Of a stretch of DNA of 64,000 bases, positions 32,125 to 43,423 are shown piece after piece; within the stretch, counting starts at the first letter, position 1; every line of letters starts with the position of its first letter. The position numbers were made by a program, and so were the translations under genes. Source of the DNA: Thermoanaerobaculia bacterium (lineage in GTDB: Bacteria > Acidobacteriota > Thermoanaerobaculia > UBA5066); contig CAWEJK010000009.1 in assembly GCA_963809425.1 (NCBI GenBank), forward strand, positions 319,982-383,981, read 5' to 3'. The notes under the pieces are model-generated. The model did not search any database and was not told the origin of the DNA. It worked only from the letters and a program-made list of their open reading frames with translations.

Positions 32125-33930
32125 CCTCGCGGCCTCGGGCGCGGGGCTCGCGGGCTTTCAGCGGTCGCGCTCGCCGCGCTCCTGCTCTCGTTTCTTTCAT
32201 TCGCAGAATCCTCTTTCTCTCTCTCCCCCCATTCTTTCGATATCGACCGCAGCCCCCTGCGCGAGCACGTCGAAGCCGCCGCCAAGCGCGCGCGCTTCGA
32301 GGCCGCCGCCCGGGCGCGCGCCCTCGCCGGAGCCGTCCCGCCCTCGGTCGAGGGAACCGACCGGGGCCTCGACGTCCTGTCGTACGACATCTCCTTCGAC
32401 GTCGACCCCGCGATCCGGTTCCTCTCGGGCACGACCGTGATCCGCGTCGCGGGCTTCGCTCCCCGGACGACCGCCCTCGCGCTCGACCTCGACGACGCGT
32501 TCGCCGTGTCGTCGGTCAGGCGCGACGGGCTCGACGTGACCGCGGCGCACGCCGGAGGGAAGCTCGTGATTCCGTTCGAGCCGCCGCTCGGCGTCACGGA
32601 CCGCGCGACCCTCTCCGTCTCCTATCGCGGCATTCCCCCGGGGGCGTCCGCCCTCGACTTCCGGCTGCACCCGAGCGGATGGGCGGCGACGAGCGTGGCG
32701 GAACCGTTCCTCGCCCGCACGTTCTGGCCCTGCGTGGACGACCCGAGAGACAAGGCCGTCGCCACCGTCCACGCGACCGTCCCGGCCGGCTACGTCGTGG
32801 CGTCCGCGGGCACGGTCTCCGTCGCCGACGCGGACGGCGGCCGGAGAACGTATACGTGGAGGCTCCCGCAGGCGATCCCGACGTATCTCGTATCGCTGAA
32901 CGTCGCGAACTACGAGACCGTCGAGGATGCCTACAAGGCGATGGACGGGCGCATCATGCCGATCCGCTCGTACCTCCTGCCCGAGAACGCGGCCGCGAAC
33001 GCGCCCCGGCTCTCCGAGATCAAGAACCACATCTCGGTCCTCGCGTCCCTCTTCGGCGAGTACCCGTTCGTGGACACGAAGTACGGGATCGTCTCGGCGT
33101 TCTTCTCGGGCGGAATGGAGCACCCGACGTTGACGTCCATCGGCGAGAACATCCTCTCGGACGTCTCGCGCAACATCACGATCCTCCTCGTGCACGAGCT
33201 CGCGCACCAGTGGTGGGGTGACAGGGTCACGATGCGGACGTGGGACGACATCTGGCTCAACGAAGGCTTCGCGACGTACGGCGAGGTCCTGTACCTCGAG
33301 AAGGCGCAGGGCAGGGATCCGGGCCCGACGCTGCGCGCGTCCTACGACGACGGGCTCTACGGCGGCCGACTCGCGCAAGCGGTCGTCGCCGACCCCGCGG
33401 ACCCCTTCCGGTTCACCGGCGCCGTCTACAACAAGGGCGGCTACTTCCTCCACATGCTGCGCCGCCTCGTCGGCGACGACGCCTTCTTCTCGGGGCTGCG
33501 CGCGTACGGCGACGCGCACGCCTGGGGCACCGCGACGCGCGGCGAGCTGCGGGCGCTCTTCGAGGAGAGGACGGGCCTCGACCTCAAGCAGTTCTGGGAC
33601 CAGTGGCTCGAAACGCAATTCCGGCCGACCTTCCGGGCGACGTTCCAGACCTCCCTCGACGCCTCGACGGTGACGCTCACGATCACGCAGACGCAGGGCC
33701 ACACCGTCGTCCATCCCGCCGCGGGTCCGAACGACAAACCGTTCTACGTCTTCCCGCTTCCCGTGCGCATCACGCACCTCGACGGGACGACGTTCGACGC
33801 GACGGTGAACCTCGACGGCGTTTCGACGATCGTCGCCGTGCCGAATCCATCCAGGAAGCTCGTCGCGGGAATCCAGCTCGATCCCGGCACGGACATCCTG
33901 AAGATCGTGGAGTCGACCGGACCGGCGTGA
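32101..33930 (+). CDS. Secreted M1-family zinc aminopeptidase (aminopeptidase N-like)
   Basis: Gluzincin motifs VHELAHQWWGDRVT and WLNEGFATY are present, with a signal peptide. The N-terminal codons overlap the polypurine tract, so the true start may lie further downstream. Confidence 0.8.
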   Translation: MLRKERGRPRGLGRGARGLSAVALAALLLSFLSFAESSFSLSPHSFDIDRSPLREHVEAAAKRARFEAAARARALAGAVPPSVEGTDRGLDVLSYDISFDVDPAIRFLSGTTVIRVAGFAPRTTALALDLDDAFAVSSVRRDGLDVTAAHAGGKLVIPFEPPLGVTDRATLSVSYRGIPPGASALDFRLHPSGWAATSVAEPFLARTFWPCVDDPRDKAVATVHATVPAGYVVASAGTVSVADADGGRRTYTWRLPQAIPTYLVSLNVANYETVEDAYKAMDGRIMPIRSYLLPENAAANAPRLSEIKNHISVLASLFGEYPFVDTKYGIVSAFFSGGMEHPTLTSIGENILSDVSRNITILLVHELAHQWWGDRVTMRTWDDIWLNEGFATYGEVLYLEKAQGRDPGPTLRASYDDGLYGGRLAQAVVADPADPFRFTGAVYNKGGYFLHMLRRLVGDDAFFSGLRAYGDAHAWGTATRGELRALFEERTGLDLKQFWDQWLETQFRPTFRATFQTSLDASTVTLTITQTQGHTVVHPAAGPNDKPFYVFPLPVRITHLDGTTFDATVNLDGVSTIVAVPNPSRKLVAGIQLDPGTDILKIVESTGPA

Positions 33931-33945
33931 GCCTCTGCCCGGCGC

Positions 33946-35079
33946 TCAGGCTCCCTCCGCGACCGCCCCCCGCACCGCCGCGATCACCTCGTCCACCTGC
34001 GCGTCCGTCATCGCGGGCCAGAGCGGAATCGTGATCGTCGAGTCGCCGATGCGCTCGGCGTTCGGGAACATGCCGCGGCGGAAGCCGAAGCGCTCCTGGT
34101 AGAACTTCGTGAGGTGGACGGCGCGGTAGTTCACGGCGACGCCGACACCGCGCGCCTGGATTCCCGCGAGAACGGCGTCCCGTTTCGCGGGATCGACCCA
34201 GATCGTGAAGAGGTGCCGGCCCGACGTCATGCCCTCGGGCACGACCGGGAACGACACTCCGGGCGTCTCGCGGAACGCCGCCTCGTACTTTCGGCAGATC
34301 TCCTCGCGGCGTGCGAGCCGTCCCGCGAGCTTCGGGAGCTGCGGCAGGAGAAGCGCGGCATTCACGTCCGACAGGTTGTACTTGTATCCGAGGCGCTCCA
34401 TGTCCCAGTGCTGGTATTTCCCGGCATAGCGGTCGGCGGCGTTCTTCGACATCCCGTGCGAGCCGAGCTGCCGGAGCAGAGTCTTCTTCGCGCCGTCGCG
34501 GGCCGTGATCGCGCCGCCTTCGCCGCACGTGAGGTTCTTCGTCGCGTAGAAGCTGAAGCAGCCGTAGTCGGCGAGCTGTCCGGGCCCGAAGCCGTCGCGC
34601 CGCCCCTCGACGCAGTGCGCGGCGTCCTCGACGAGCACGAGGCCGCGCCGGTTCGCGATGGCCCGGAGCGCCACCATGTCGGCCATGAGACCGTACAGGT
34701 CGACCGCGATGATGGCCCTCGTGCGCGGCGTGATCGCGGCCTCGACGGCGGCGGGGTCGATGTTCGCGGTCGCGGGGTCGACGTCGACGAAAACGGGGGT
34801 TCCGCCCGCGTACACGATGGCGTTCGACGAGGAGAGGAACGTCATCGGCGTCGTGACGACCTCGTCGCCCGGGCCGATGCTCGCCGCGAGCATCGAAAGA
34901 TGGAGAGCAGCCGTGGCGTGCGCCGTGCAGACGACCGCGGCCACGCCGAGAAACTCCTCGAACGCGGTCTCGAACGCGTAGACCCTCTGTCCCGTCGTCA
35001 GGAAGAGCGAGTCGAGGACGGCGCGGACGGCCGACTTCTCGTCCTCGCCGAGGGAGTGCCGATAGAAGTCGACGGCCAT
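33946..35079 (-). CDS. DegT/DnrJ/EryC1/StrS-family PLP-dependent sugar aminotransferase
   Basis: 377 aa with family segments (TTGQRVYAFETAFEEFLG, ...FSFYATKNLTCGEGGAI...). Confidence 0.8.
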   Translation of the reverse strand: MAVDFYRHSLGEDEKSAVRAVLDSLFLTTGQRVYAFETAFEEFLGVAAVVCTAHATAALHLSMLAASIGPGDEVVTTPMTFLSSSNAIVYAGGTPVFVDVDPATANIDPAAVEAAITPRTRAIIAVDLYGLMADMVALRAIANRRGLVLVEDAAHCVEGRRDGFGPGQLADYGCFSFYATKNLTCGEGGAITARDGAKKTLLRQLGSHGMSKNAADRYAGKYQHWDMERLGYKYNLSDVNAALLLPQLPKLAGRLARREEICRKYEAAFRETPGVSFPVVPEGMTSGRHLFTIWVDPAKRDAVLAGIQARGVGVAVNYRAVHLTKFYQERFGFRRGMFPNAERIGDSTITIPLWPAMTDAQVDEVIAAVRGAVAEGA

Positions 35080-35086
35080 GCGTGCC

Positions 35087-36211
35087 TCAGCGCGCCACGG
35101 CGGGCGCCAGTCCGGCGAAGGCGTCGAGCGTCTCTTTCACGGCGCGCGCGGCGTCTTTCGGAAGGCCCGAGCCTGCCCCCGGCCACTCGGCGACGATGGG
35201 CCGAAGACCCTGCTGGCGGAGGACCTCGATGCCGCGCCGGCCCGCTGCGAGCTCGGCCGGCGGGGCGTCGCGCGAGAACCCCAGGAAGAGCCGCGTCCCG
35301 CGGAGCCCTGCCGGATTCGGCGCGGTCCCCGGGTCGAACGGCCCGCCGATGGACCCGACTCCCGCGAACGTGCCGGCGGGCTTGCGGGCGGCCACCCGGA
35401 TGGCTTCCGTTCCGCCACGTCCGACTCCGACGAGAAAAACGGGAAGCTTCGGGTCGGACGCCTTGGCCCGGGCCGCGGCGACGGCCGCCTCGACCGCCTT
35501 TTCGGCTCGCTCGGCCGACCCCCAGCCGAAGCGCCTCTTCGCCGAGCGCCCGGGGCCGCGCGGCGCCGCCACGAGCAGGTGATGCGAAAGCGCGACGTCG
35601 GTGAACGGGCCGCTCACGGTGAAGGGATCCGACTCCTTGTCGTGGAGAAGGAGGAGGACGGCGAGCGCCTTCTCCTTCGGCAGAAGGAACACGCCTTCCT
35701 TCACGACGGCGGCGTCCCCCGCGGCGCGGTTCTTCGCGGCGCCCGACACGATCGCGGCGAACCGCGGCTTGCCTCGGAGCGGGCCGAGGTCGGGATCCTT
35801 CTCGAGCGAGACGCCGTCGTCGAAACCGGCGGCGATCGCCCTGTCGAGCCGGGAAAGGGCCTGATCGGCGCGGCCCGAACGGGCGTCGAGACAGGCGAGG
35901 TTGTATGCCGCCGAGGGAAGCTCGCCGCGCTTCCACGCCTGCTCGAAGAGGGCGCGGGCGCGGTCGAGCTGGTTCGCGTTCACGGCCGCGAGCGCGAGGC
36001 GCTCGAGCTCGAAGGGATCGGCCACTCCTCCCTCGAGGACGCGCACGTCCTCGACCTTCGCCGGGGAGCCGCCCTTCGGAGCCGTGCTTCCCGTGGTGAC
36101 GAGGAGTCCTGGCGCCGTGGCGGGCGCGGGCGTGCGGGTCTGGGAACGAGCGGAGAGCGCGAGGACGACGGAAACCGCGAGCGCGAAGAAACCGGAGAGA
36201 ACAGCCTTCAT
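35087..36211 (-). CDS. Secreted protein with TPR-like N-domain and alpha/beta-hydrolase (esterase/depolymerase-like) C-domain
   Basis: An internal ATG precedes the signal peptide MKAVLSGFFALAVSVVLALSA. The body reads ...FLVGVGRGGTEAIRVAARKPAGTFAGVGSIGG.... It lies in the same open frame as the upstream ALDH, with no intervening stop. Confidence 0.45.
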   Translation of the reverse strand: MKAVLSGFFALAVSVVLALSARSQTRTPAPATAPGLLVTTGSTAPKGGSPAKVEDVRVLEGGVADPFELERLALAAVNANQLDRARALFEQAWKRGELPSAAYNLACLDARSGRADQALSRLDRAIAAGFDDGVSLEKDPDLGPLRGKPRFAAIVSGAAKNRAAGDAAVVKEGVFLLPKEKALAVLLLLHDKESDPFTVSGPFTDVALSHHLLVAAPRGPGRSAKRRFGWGSAERAEKAVEAAVAAARAKASDPKLPVFLVGVGRGGTEAIRVAARKPAGTFAGVGSIGGPFDPGTAPNPAGLRGTRLFLGFSRDAPPAELAAGRRGIEVLRQQGLRPIVAEWPGAGSGLPKDAARAVKETLDAFAGLAPAVAR

Positions 36212-37777
36212 TCGATCGATTGTAAGGCCGGTCGATCGACGGGAGAGCGGCGTCAGACCGGGCGGCGCAGCTTCGCGGCGAGAGTTCGCCGGTACAGGAG
36301 CCGCATCGCGGCGCGAAGAACCGCTGAGTACGCGCGGGTCGTACGGAAAGGCGAGGTTCTTCGCGAGGAAGCGATCCACGGGCGCGAGGAGCGGGCGCCG
36401 CATCGTGACCGCCTCGACGCGCGTCCACTGCCGCAGGCCTTCGATTCCGTGACGGAAACCGAGCCCGCTCGCCCGCCAGCCGCCGAGAGGAGACTCCACG
36501 ACGAAGTAGTTCACGAGGACGTCGTTCACGATCGCCTGGCCGGAGTGCAGGCGGCGCGCGAACGCCTCGGCCTCGCCGGGCGGTCCGAAGACCGTCGCGT
36601 TGAGACCGAGGTGCGTGTCGTTCGCGAGCTCGAGCGCCTCGGCGTTCTCCCAGAAGCGCATGACGGGAACGAGGGGACCGAACGTCTCCTCGCGCATGAC
36701 CTCCATGTCGTGCGTCGCGCCCGACAGGACCGTTGGCTCGAAGAAGAGGCCGGGGCCGCTTCCCCGGCGCGCGCCGCCGACGAGGACGCGCGCACCTTTC
36801 GCGACCGCGTCGGCGATCTGCCGCTCGACGACCTCGAGCTGGCGCGCGAACGTCACCGCGCCGAGGTCGTGAGAGCCCCCGGCGGGATCCGGCGGGCTCT
36901 GTCGGAGCGCCGCCACGCGCGCGACGAGGAGCTGTTCGAAACGGTCCGCGACGGAGGCGTGCACGTAGATGCGCTCCGTGCGGATGCAGACCTGGCCCGA
37001 GTGGATGAAGCTCGACCACGCCGCCGCCTCGGCCGCCCGCTCGAGATTCGCGCCCGGGAGGACGACGAACGGCGACTTTCCGCCCAGCTCGGCCACGCAT
37101 GGAATCAGACGTTCGCCGCAGCGCGCCGCGATCTTCCGCCCCGTCGCCACGGAGCCGGTGAACATGACGGCGTCCGAGAGATCCACGAGCGCGGCTCCCG
37201 CGGCGCCCCGCCCCGTCACGACCTGGAAGACGTCCGGCGGATTTCCCGCTTTCACCCAGAGGTCGATGAGGACGCGCGACGTGAGCGGCGTGATCTCCGA
37301 CGGTTTGAGGACGACCGTGTTGCCCGCAAGCAGCGGCGCGACGGCGTCGGCCGCGTTGTTCAGGATCGGAAAGTTCCAGGGACCGATGACGCCCACGACG
37401 CCGAGCGGGTGCCGCACGAGGCGGGTCTTCTTCGTGAGGAAGAGGAGCGGGTTCCGGGTCTCCTCGGCAAAGGCCCGGCGCGACAGGCGCGCCATCGCCC
37501 GGATGAGCTCGCACAGATAGAGGACCTCGATCCCTTCGGCCTCGTGACGCGGCTTGCCGCTCTCCCTCACGAGCGTCTCGGGAACGAGGGGCGTGTCGAG
37601 AACGAGGTCCCGCCACCGGAAGAGCGCGTCGACGCGCTCTTCGAGCGGCCGGGCGGCCCACGCCGGGGCTGCCGCGCGGGCGCGCGCGACCGCCTCGCCG
37701 ACCGCCGCCGCGTCGAGATCGGGAACCTCGCCCAGGAGCTCGCCCGTCGCGGGGGAATGCACGCGAATCACGCGCAC
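36212..37777 (-). CDS. Aldehyde dehydrogenase (NAD(P)+); 3' boundary undefined because no in-frame stop precedes the next gene
   Basis: GTG start. ALDH motifs are present (GPWNFP, ...VAELGGKSPFVV..., catalytic Cys in IHSGQVCIRTERIYV, EETFGP). Confidence 0.75.
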
Positions 37778-37784
37778 ATCCTAC

Positions 37785-39693
37785 TCAACGGAACGGCCCG
37801 GCCGGATACTGGATTTTCCGAAGCGTGGGTGGCCACGCGGCGATCGGCGACTCGGCAAGGCGCGCGTACTCCCGGCGCGGGCTCAGGGCGAGCACCTGCC
37901 CGAGGATCTGTCGCGCGAGCGCCTCGTTCCCCGTATCGCGTGCCGCGAGGGCGAGCACGATCCCGAGGTCCGGCGTGCTCCTCTGGGCGGAAGGCAATGC
38001 CTTCATGAAGTCGCGCAGCGCCTCGCGCCGGCCAGCCAGGCGGTAGCCCTCGGCAAGAGCGGTGATCGTTTGCGGCGAAGGAACGCGCCGGTAGAGCTCC
38101 TCGCCGAACTCGATCGCCCGGTCGCCGCGGCGCATGTCCTGGGCGCGGAGAGTCTGGTCGTAGAGGCAGTCGATGAAGGCGAGCACGGTGTCCGTCTGGC
38201 TGGCGCTCCGCGTAAGCGACATGCCGAGATGAGGCCAGCGGAACGGAGACGTCATGAAGACGAGCGCGCTCGGCGGGATCGCCTCCTCCGGCGTCGCGCC
38301 GATCTCCTGCCCCGCCACGTCCGTCCGCCACGGCGGCGTCCGCAGGGCCGCGAGGACGTCGCCTCCGGCGAGCCGCTTCCCGAGGAGCCACGCGTTGGCC
38401 CGCAGCGGCGAAAGCGCCGCGCGGTTCGCGACGTCGTGGATCGGGAGGAGCCTCACGCCGCCCGCCGGGTCGGGCTCGGTCGCGAAGGCCGGAAACGCCC
38501 GCGCCTCGTCAGCCGTCAGCGTGCGCGGCTTGACCGTCGCGTAGTACCACGTGAGGACCGCGTCGGGCTGCAGAGCGCCCAGGGCGTTCACGGCGACGCC
38601 GATTCCGAAGAGAACGCGAAAGGCGACCGGCGGGATCGGCGCCGCGACGACCACGGCGAGCGCGGCGAGCAGCGGGACGAGAGGCACGAGTAGCCGCGGG
38701 CCCCAGCCCGACGTCCCGTCCCAGGACCACCACGCCGCCGTCGTGACGAGGAGGAAGAGAGAGAAGCCGGCGAGCGCGAGCGCGAGGACGCGCCGCTCGC
38801 GGGCAAGCCGCAGGAACCCCAGGATGGCGAGAAGGGCGAGCGGGAAGAAGAGAAAGAGGCCCTTGTTCGCGCCCACCGTCAGACGCCACAGGCCGTCGAG
38901 CACGGCGTGGCTGAAGCGCTCTCCCTGATACGAGGCGAACGGGCGTCCGAAGCGCACGATCTCGAAGGCAAGCCAGAGAGCGGCGAACGGCGCGGCACCG
39001 GCGAGGAACGCCAGCGTGCGCGAACCTCGCTTCCCGCGCGGCGCCTCGAGGAAGACGACGACAAGGACGAGGGGCAGGAGAACGACGAAAATGGACTTCG
39101 TGAGAAGAGCGAAGCCCGCGAGCGCCCCGGCACCGGCCGCGAGGGGTCCCGGGCGCCGCGCGTCCGGGTGCCCCGCGAGCGCCGCGCACGCGAAGGCGCC
39201 GCCGACGCAGGCGGCCTGGAGCGGCTCGGACCAGTCCGACGACACGTAGGCCCACAGCGGCGAAGCGAGCGCCGTCGCGAGAACGGCCCGCCGGACGCCC
39301 GCAGCGCCCGCCCCGCAGGCGCGGGCCAAGAGGCCCGCCGCGAGAGCCGCGAGGAGGACGAAAATGATCTGCTCGAGGACGAAGAGCGTCTGGGACGCCC
39401 CGGTTCCAAACGCGTTCTCGAAAGCGCCCGCAACGGCCGCGACCGGCGCGCGGACGAACGACGGTCCCATCCCGTAGCGGGTCACGGCGTCGCCCGCGGG
39501 TCTCAGGATGTCGACCGGATGGCCGAGCGCGATGCCGATCTCGGAGAGCGCGGCCATCGCGTACGCCGTGCGCGTCATGATCTGGCCGTCCGTGACGAGG
39601 CCGAAGACCCGTTCGTCCGCCGTGAGGGCGAGGACGAAGGCCGAAAGGCCGAGCGAGAAGAGGAGGGGGCGGCGTTCGGCGAACCGGCGCCAT
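37785..39693 (-). CDS. GT39/ArnT-like polytopic glycosyltransferase with C-terminal TPR repeats; start disrupted by an apparent +1 frameshift at a G5 run (39666-39670)
   Basis: The ATG at 39693 is in the frame of ORF 38509..39693. The membrane protein body (RRPLLFSLGLSAFVLALTADERVFGLVTDG..., many TM helices, TPR-like tail) is in the frame of ORF 37785..41690. Removing one C from CCCCC joins them as MAPVRRTPPLLFSLGLSAFVLAL. The span is 1909 nt, which is 3n+1. Confidence 0.5.
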
Positions 39694-39700
39694 GAGCGCG

Positions 39701-41690
39701 CTAGATCGTCACTTGGATCGGGAGGATGACCGTCTGGAGCCCCTCGAACTGGAGGCGGCGCTGCACGGCGAACGGCGTCTGGTTGTGGAGAAGCCGGTTC
39801 GCCAGGTTCTCGTTCGGGAAGATCAGCTTCGACGCGAAGAAGACCGGCCGGTCGTACCGCTCCTTGACCTTGTGGCAGAGCTCGACGATCTCGTCGAGGA
39901 GGTCCGTGCCGATCGAGGAATAGTGCTCGGCGTGCATTCCGAGGCCCTCCGCGAACTCGACGTACCGGTGGAGATCCTGCTCCGTCTCCCGCGCGAGGTT
40001 CTTCGACCTCGCTCGCGCCCTTGAACTTCGCCGAGTCGAGGACGCCCACCGAAAGGAAGATGGCGTTCGTGAAGTAGCGCGGGAAGTACTTCTGGACCTG
40101 GAGGAGCGAATGGATCCCGAGCCCGTTGAAGCCCGAGACGAGGAAGACCGCCGTCGGGGTGTTGCGGAGAGGGGGCGCGGCGGCCTTCTTCGTGATTCCC
40201 GAGTCTCCGGGTTTCGGCTTGGGCAGCGTCGTGAGCACGTCGTCGGCGCGCTTCATCAGGAGACGGATCGAGTTGTAGTGGCGGCGGATTCCGAGGCACA
40301 GCGCGACGACCGCGCCCGTGATGACGACCGTCATCCACGCGCCTTCCCGGAACTTCAAGGCCGTCGAGACGATGAGAATCGTCACCGAGATGAAGAGACC
40401 GGCCCCGTTCACGGCGAAGCGCCGCCCCCAGGTGCGATCCGACTTCCGGACCTTCCACCAGTGCACGCACATCCCGAGCTGGGAGAGCGTGAACGTCAGG
40501 AAGACGTTGATCGAGTACATGAGGACGAGAACGTGGATCGAACCGCGCGCGTACACGAGCATCCCGATCGCGGCCGCACCCATGAGAATCACGCCGTTCT
40601 GCGTGACGAGCCGCTCCGAGAGCAGGCTGAAGCGGTGCGGCACCCACGAGTCGATCGCCATGTTCGCGAGGACGCGCGGACCCGCGAGGAAGCTCGACTG
40701 CGCGGCCACGAAGAGAAGCATGCCCTCCGAGACGAGAAGCACGAAGACGAACGCGGCCGAAACGGCGCCCGCGCCGAAAAGCTCTCGCGAGAGGATCTGG
40801 TAGAGCGCCGCGTTCAGCGTCGTGCCCTCGGCCCGTCGAGCATTCGCGAGGAGGTAACAGAGGATCAGCCCGCCCGCCATGAACGAGAGCGAGACCGCCA
40901 TGTACGCCATCGTGCGCTTGCCGGTCTTCACGCGCGGCTCACGCAGGATCTGGAGGCCGTTCGAGACGGCCTCGATCCCGGTGTACGTGCCGCCTCCGAG
41001 AGAGAACGCCTTCAGGAGGAGCATGACGGTGCCCCACGCGCCGAGCTCGACCCACGTCGATTGCGTCTCCCGCGCCGTCTGCGCCACGAGCTCGGGAACC
41101 GCGCCGACGTGGCGGAACACGCCGAACAGCACGATCCCGACGTGCGTCACGAGAAACGCGAGAAAGATCGGGAGCAGCACCTGGATCGACTCGCGGACCC
41201 CGCGCAGGTTCAGGACGACGAGGACGACCACGGATACCACGGCGTAGACCAGCTGGCGGGCCGGGGACACCGCGCCGAAGAACGAGCAGAGCGCCGCGAC
41301 GCCCGCGGCGCACGACGTCGAGATCGTGAGGACGTAGTCGATCAGGAGCGCGGCGCCCGAAACGAGCCCGGCCTTCTCGCCGAGGAGGTGTGTCGCGACG
41401 AGGTAGCCGCCGCCTCCCGACGGGAACAGCTCGATGAGCTGCGCGTAGGACCCCGAGATCAGGACGACCGTGAGCGCGGTGGCGACCGCGAGGAAGACGG
41501 CGAGGTGCGTGTGCGTGCCGAGGGCGAGAAACGCCTCTTCCGGGCCGTACGCGGAGGACGACAGCCCGTCCGCCCCCAGGCCGACCCACGCGAGGAAGGC
41601 GACCAGGGACATCTGATGGAAAATCTGTGGGTCGAGGGGATCGCGGCTCTTCCCGAGAAAGAACCTCTTTGTGAGTTCCCGGAAAGGCAC
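39701..41690 (-). CDS. APC-superfamily amino-acid/cation permease with cytoplasmic C-terminal domain; apparent frameshift near 40000-40020
   Basis: The N-terminal 560 aa form a polytopic permease (…LAWVGLGADGLSSSAYGPEEAF…). The C-terminal domain continues in the frame of ORF 39701..39937 (...MHAEHYSSIGTDLLDEIVELCHKVKERYDRPVFFASKLIF...), ending at the TAG at 39701. The span is 3n+1. Confidence 0.6.
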
Positions 41691-41749
41691 GGTTCGCGCG
41701 AGTATATCGAACCAGCCATGAAGCGTTCTAAACGCTACAATCGGGCCGG

Positions 41750-43414
41750 ATGACCGTCCCCGCGGGGAAATTCTCCGACCACCTGACCGAAGTCTACTTC
41801 ACCGACCTGAAGCTCCCGCACGCCGTGAGCGCGGGCATCGCGGGCTGTGGATTCATCCGGGCGACGCCCATCCAGGCCGCGACGCTCCCCATCCTCCTCG
41901 CCGGACGGGACGTCGCCGCGCAGGCGCAAACCGGGACGGGGAAGACCGCCGCCTACCTCATCGCGATCTTCACGCATTTCGTGCGGACGAGGCGCTCCAG
42001 GCCGTCGCCGAACCCGCGCGCGCTCATCGTGGCGCCGACGCGCGAGCTGGCCGTGCAGATCCAGGAGGACGCAAAGGCGCTCGGACACTTCCTCAAGCCC
42101 CGCATCGTGACCGTCTTCGGCGGCATCGACTACGGCCGCCAGCGCGACCAGCTGCGCGCGGGCTGCGACCTTCTCATCGGAACGCCCGGGCGGCTCCTGG
42201 ACTACGAGCAGCAGGGCGCGACCTCGTTCGGAGAGGTGGAATCGCTCGTCGTCGACGAGGCGGACCGCCTCTTCGACCTCGGTTTCATCAAGGATCTGCG
42301 GCGCATCCTGCGGCGCTGCCCGCCGCCCGGCCGCCGCCACTCGATGCTCTTCTCCGCCACGCTCTCGCTCCGCGTGATGGAGCTGGCGTACGAGCACCTG
42401 AACGACGCGCGGAAAATCGAGATCCGGCCCGAGCAGATCACGGCCGACCGCGTCACGCAGGTCCTCTACCACGTCTCGCAGCGCGAGAAGATCCCGCTTC
42501 TCCTCAACCTCCTGCGCCGGGAGGGCGTCGAGCGCACGATGCTCTTCGTGAACACGAAGCGCTTCGCCGAGCGCCTCGTCTCGAACCTCGAGCGGCACGG
42601 CTTCAAGATCGGCGCGCTCACCGGGGACATCCCGCAGCCGCGGCGCCTCAAGATCCTCCAGGACTTCAAGAGCGGCGTCCTTCCCCTGCTCGTCGCGACG
42701 GATGTCGCGTCGCGCGGGCTCCACATCGACGGCGTCACGCACGTCATCAACGTGGACCTTCCGCAGGATCCCGAGGACTACGTCCACCGGATCGGGCGCA
42801 CCGCGCGCGCCGGCCAGGCCGGAAAGGCGATCTCGCTCGCGGACGAGGACTACGTCTTCTCACTCGACGCGATCCAGCGCCTCATCGGCATGAAGATTCC
42901 GGTCGAGTTCGCCGACGACAAGCTCTTCGCCGCGGCGAAACCGGCGCCCGCCGTGAAGCCGGCGGCGCCGAGGAGCCCTGCAAAAGAAGAGAAGACGGCG
43001 CCTCCGGCGCCGGAGATTTCCTCGAAGGTGGTAGAGGCGGCGGTGGCGCTTCCCGCCCGGCCGCGCGCGACGGCAGCGGCGCAGCCCGAACGCGTCACGG
43101 AGCGCGAGCCGGCCGCTGCGGCTCCATCCGCTTTCGAGGAAATCCCCGTCTCTCTCCCCTCTCCCGTTTCGGCATTCGCAGAATCTTCTTCCGAATCTTC
43201 TTCCGACCCATCTTCCGAAGAATCCCCGGCCCTTCCCGCCGATTTCTGGACGCGCGAGGCGTTCGGCCTCGCGGTGCCGCCGGGCGGATTCGGGACCGAG
43301 CCCTCGGAACCTCCGCTGCCGCCCCCGGATCTCCGCGTCGCGCCTCCGAAGCGCCGCAGGCGGCGCCGCGGGCGCCGCGTGGCGGGCCGCGTCGAAGCGG
43401 GCGCGCCGGCCTGA
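41750..43414 (+). CDS. DEAD-box ATP-dependent RNA helicase with low-complexity S/E/P-rich C-terminal tail
   Basis: Motifs Q (GFIRATPIQ), I (AQTGTGKT), II (DEAD), III (SAT) and VI (HRIGRTARAG) are all present. Confidence 0.9.
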   Translation: MTVPAGKFSDHLTEVYFTDLKLPHAVSAGIAGCGFIRATPIQAATLPILLAGRDVAAQAQTGTGKTAAYLIAIFTHFVRTRRSRPSPNPRALIVAPTRELAVQIQEDAKALGHFLKPRIVTVFGGIDYGRQRDQLRAGCDLLIGTPGRLLDYEQQGATSFGEVESLVVDEADRLFDLGFIKDLRRILRRCPPPGRRHSMLFSATLSLRVMELAYEHLNDARKIEIRPEQITADRVTQVLYHVSQREKIPLLLNLLRREGVERTMLFVNTKRFAERLVSNLERHGFKIGALTGDIPQPRRLKILQDFKSGVLPLLVATDVASRGLHIDGVTHVINVDLPQDPEDYVHRIGRTARAGQAGKAISLADEDYVFSLDAIQRLIGMKIPVEFADDKLFAAAKPAPAVKPAAPRSPAKEEKTAPPAPEISSKVVEAAVALPARPRATAAAQPERVTEREPAAAAPSAFEEIPVSLPSPVSAFAESSSESSSDPSSEESPALPADFWTREAFGLAVPPGGFGTEPSEPPLPPPDLRVAPPKRRRRRRGRRVAGRVEAGAPA

Positions 43415-43423
43415 GCCGGGCCG

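Noticed and set aside
37785-41690. Single 1301-aa ORF and single 1195-aa ORF (42860-46447) in the six-frame track
   Set aside because: Each is a concatenation of two or three genes joined by frameshifted or junk segments (APC permease plus GT39; rho plus antisense of hydrolase/helicase). They are split into their component genes on motif and domain evidence.
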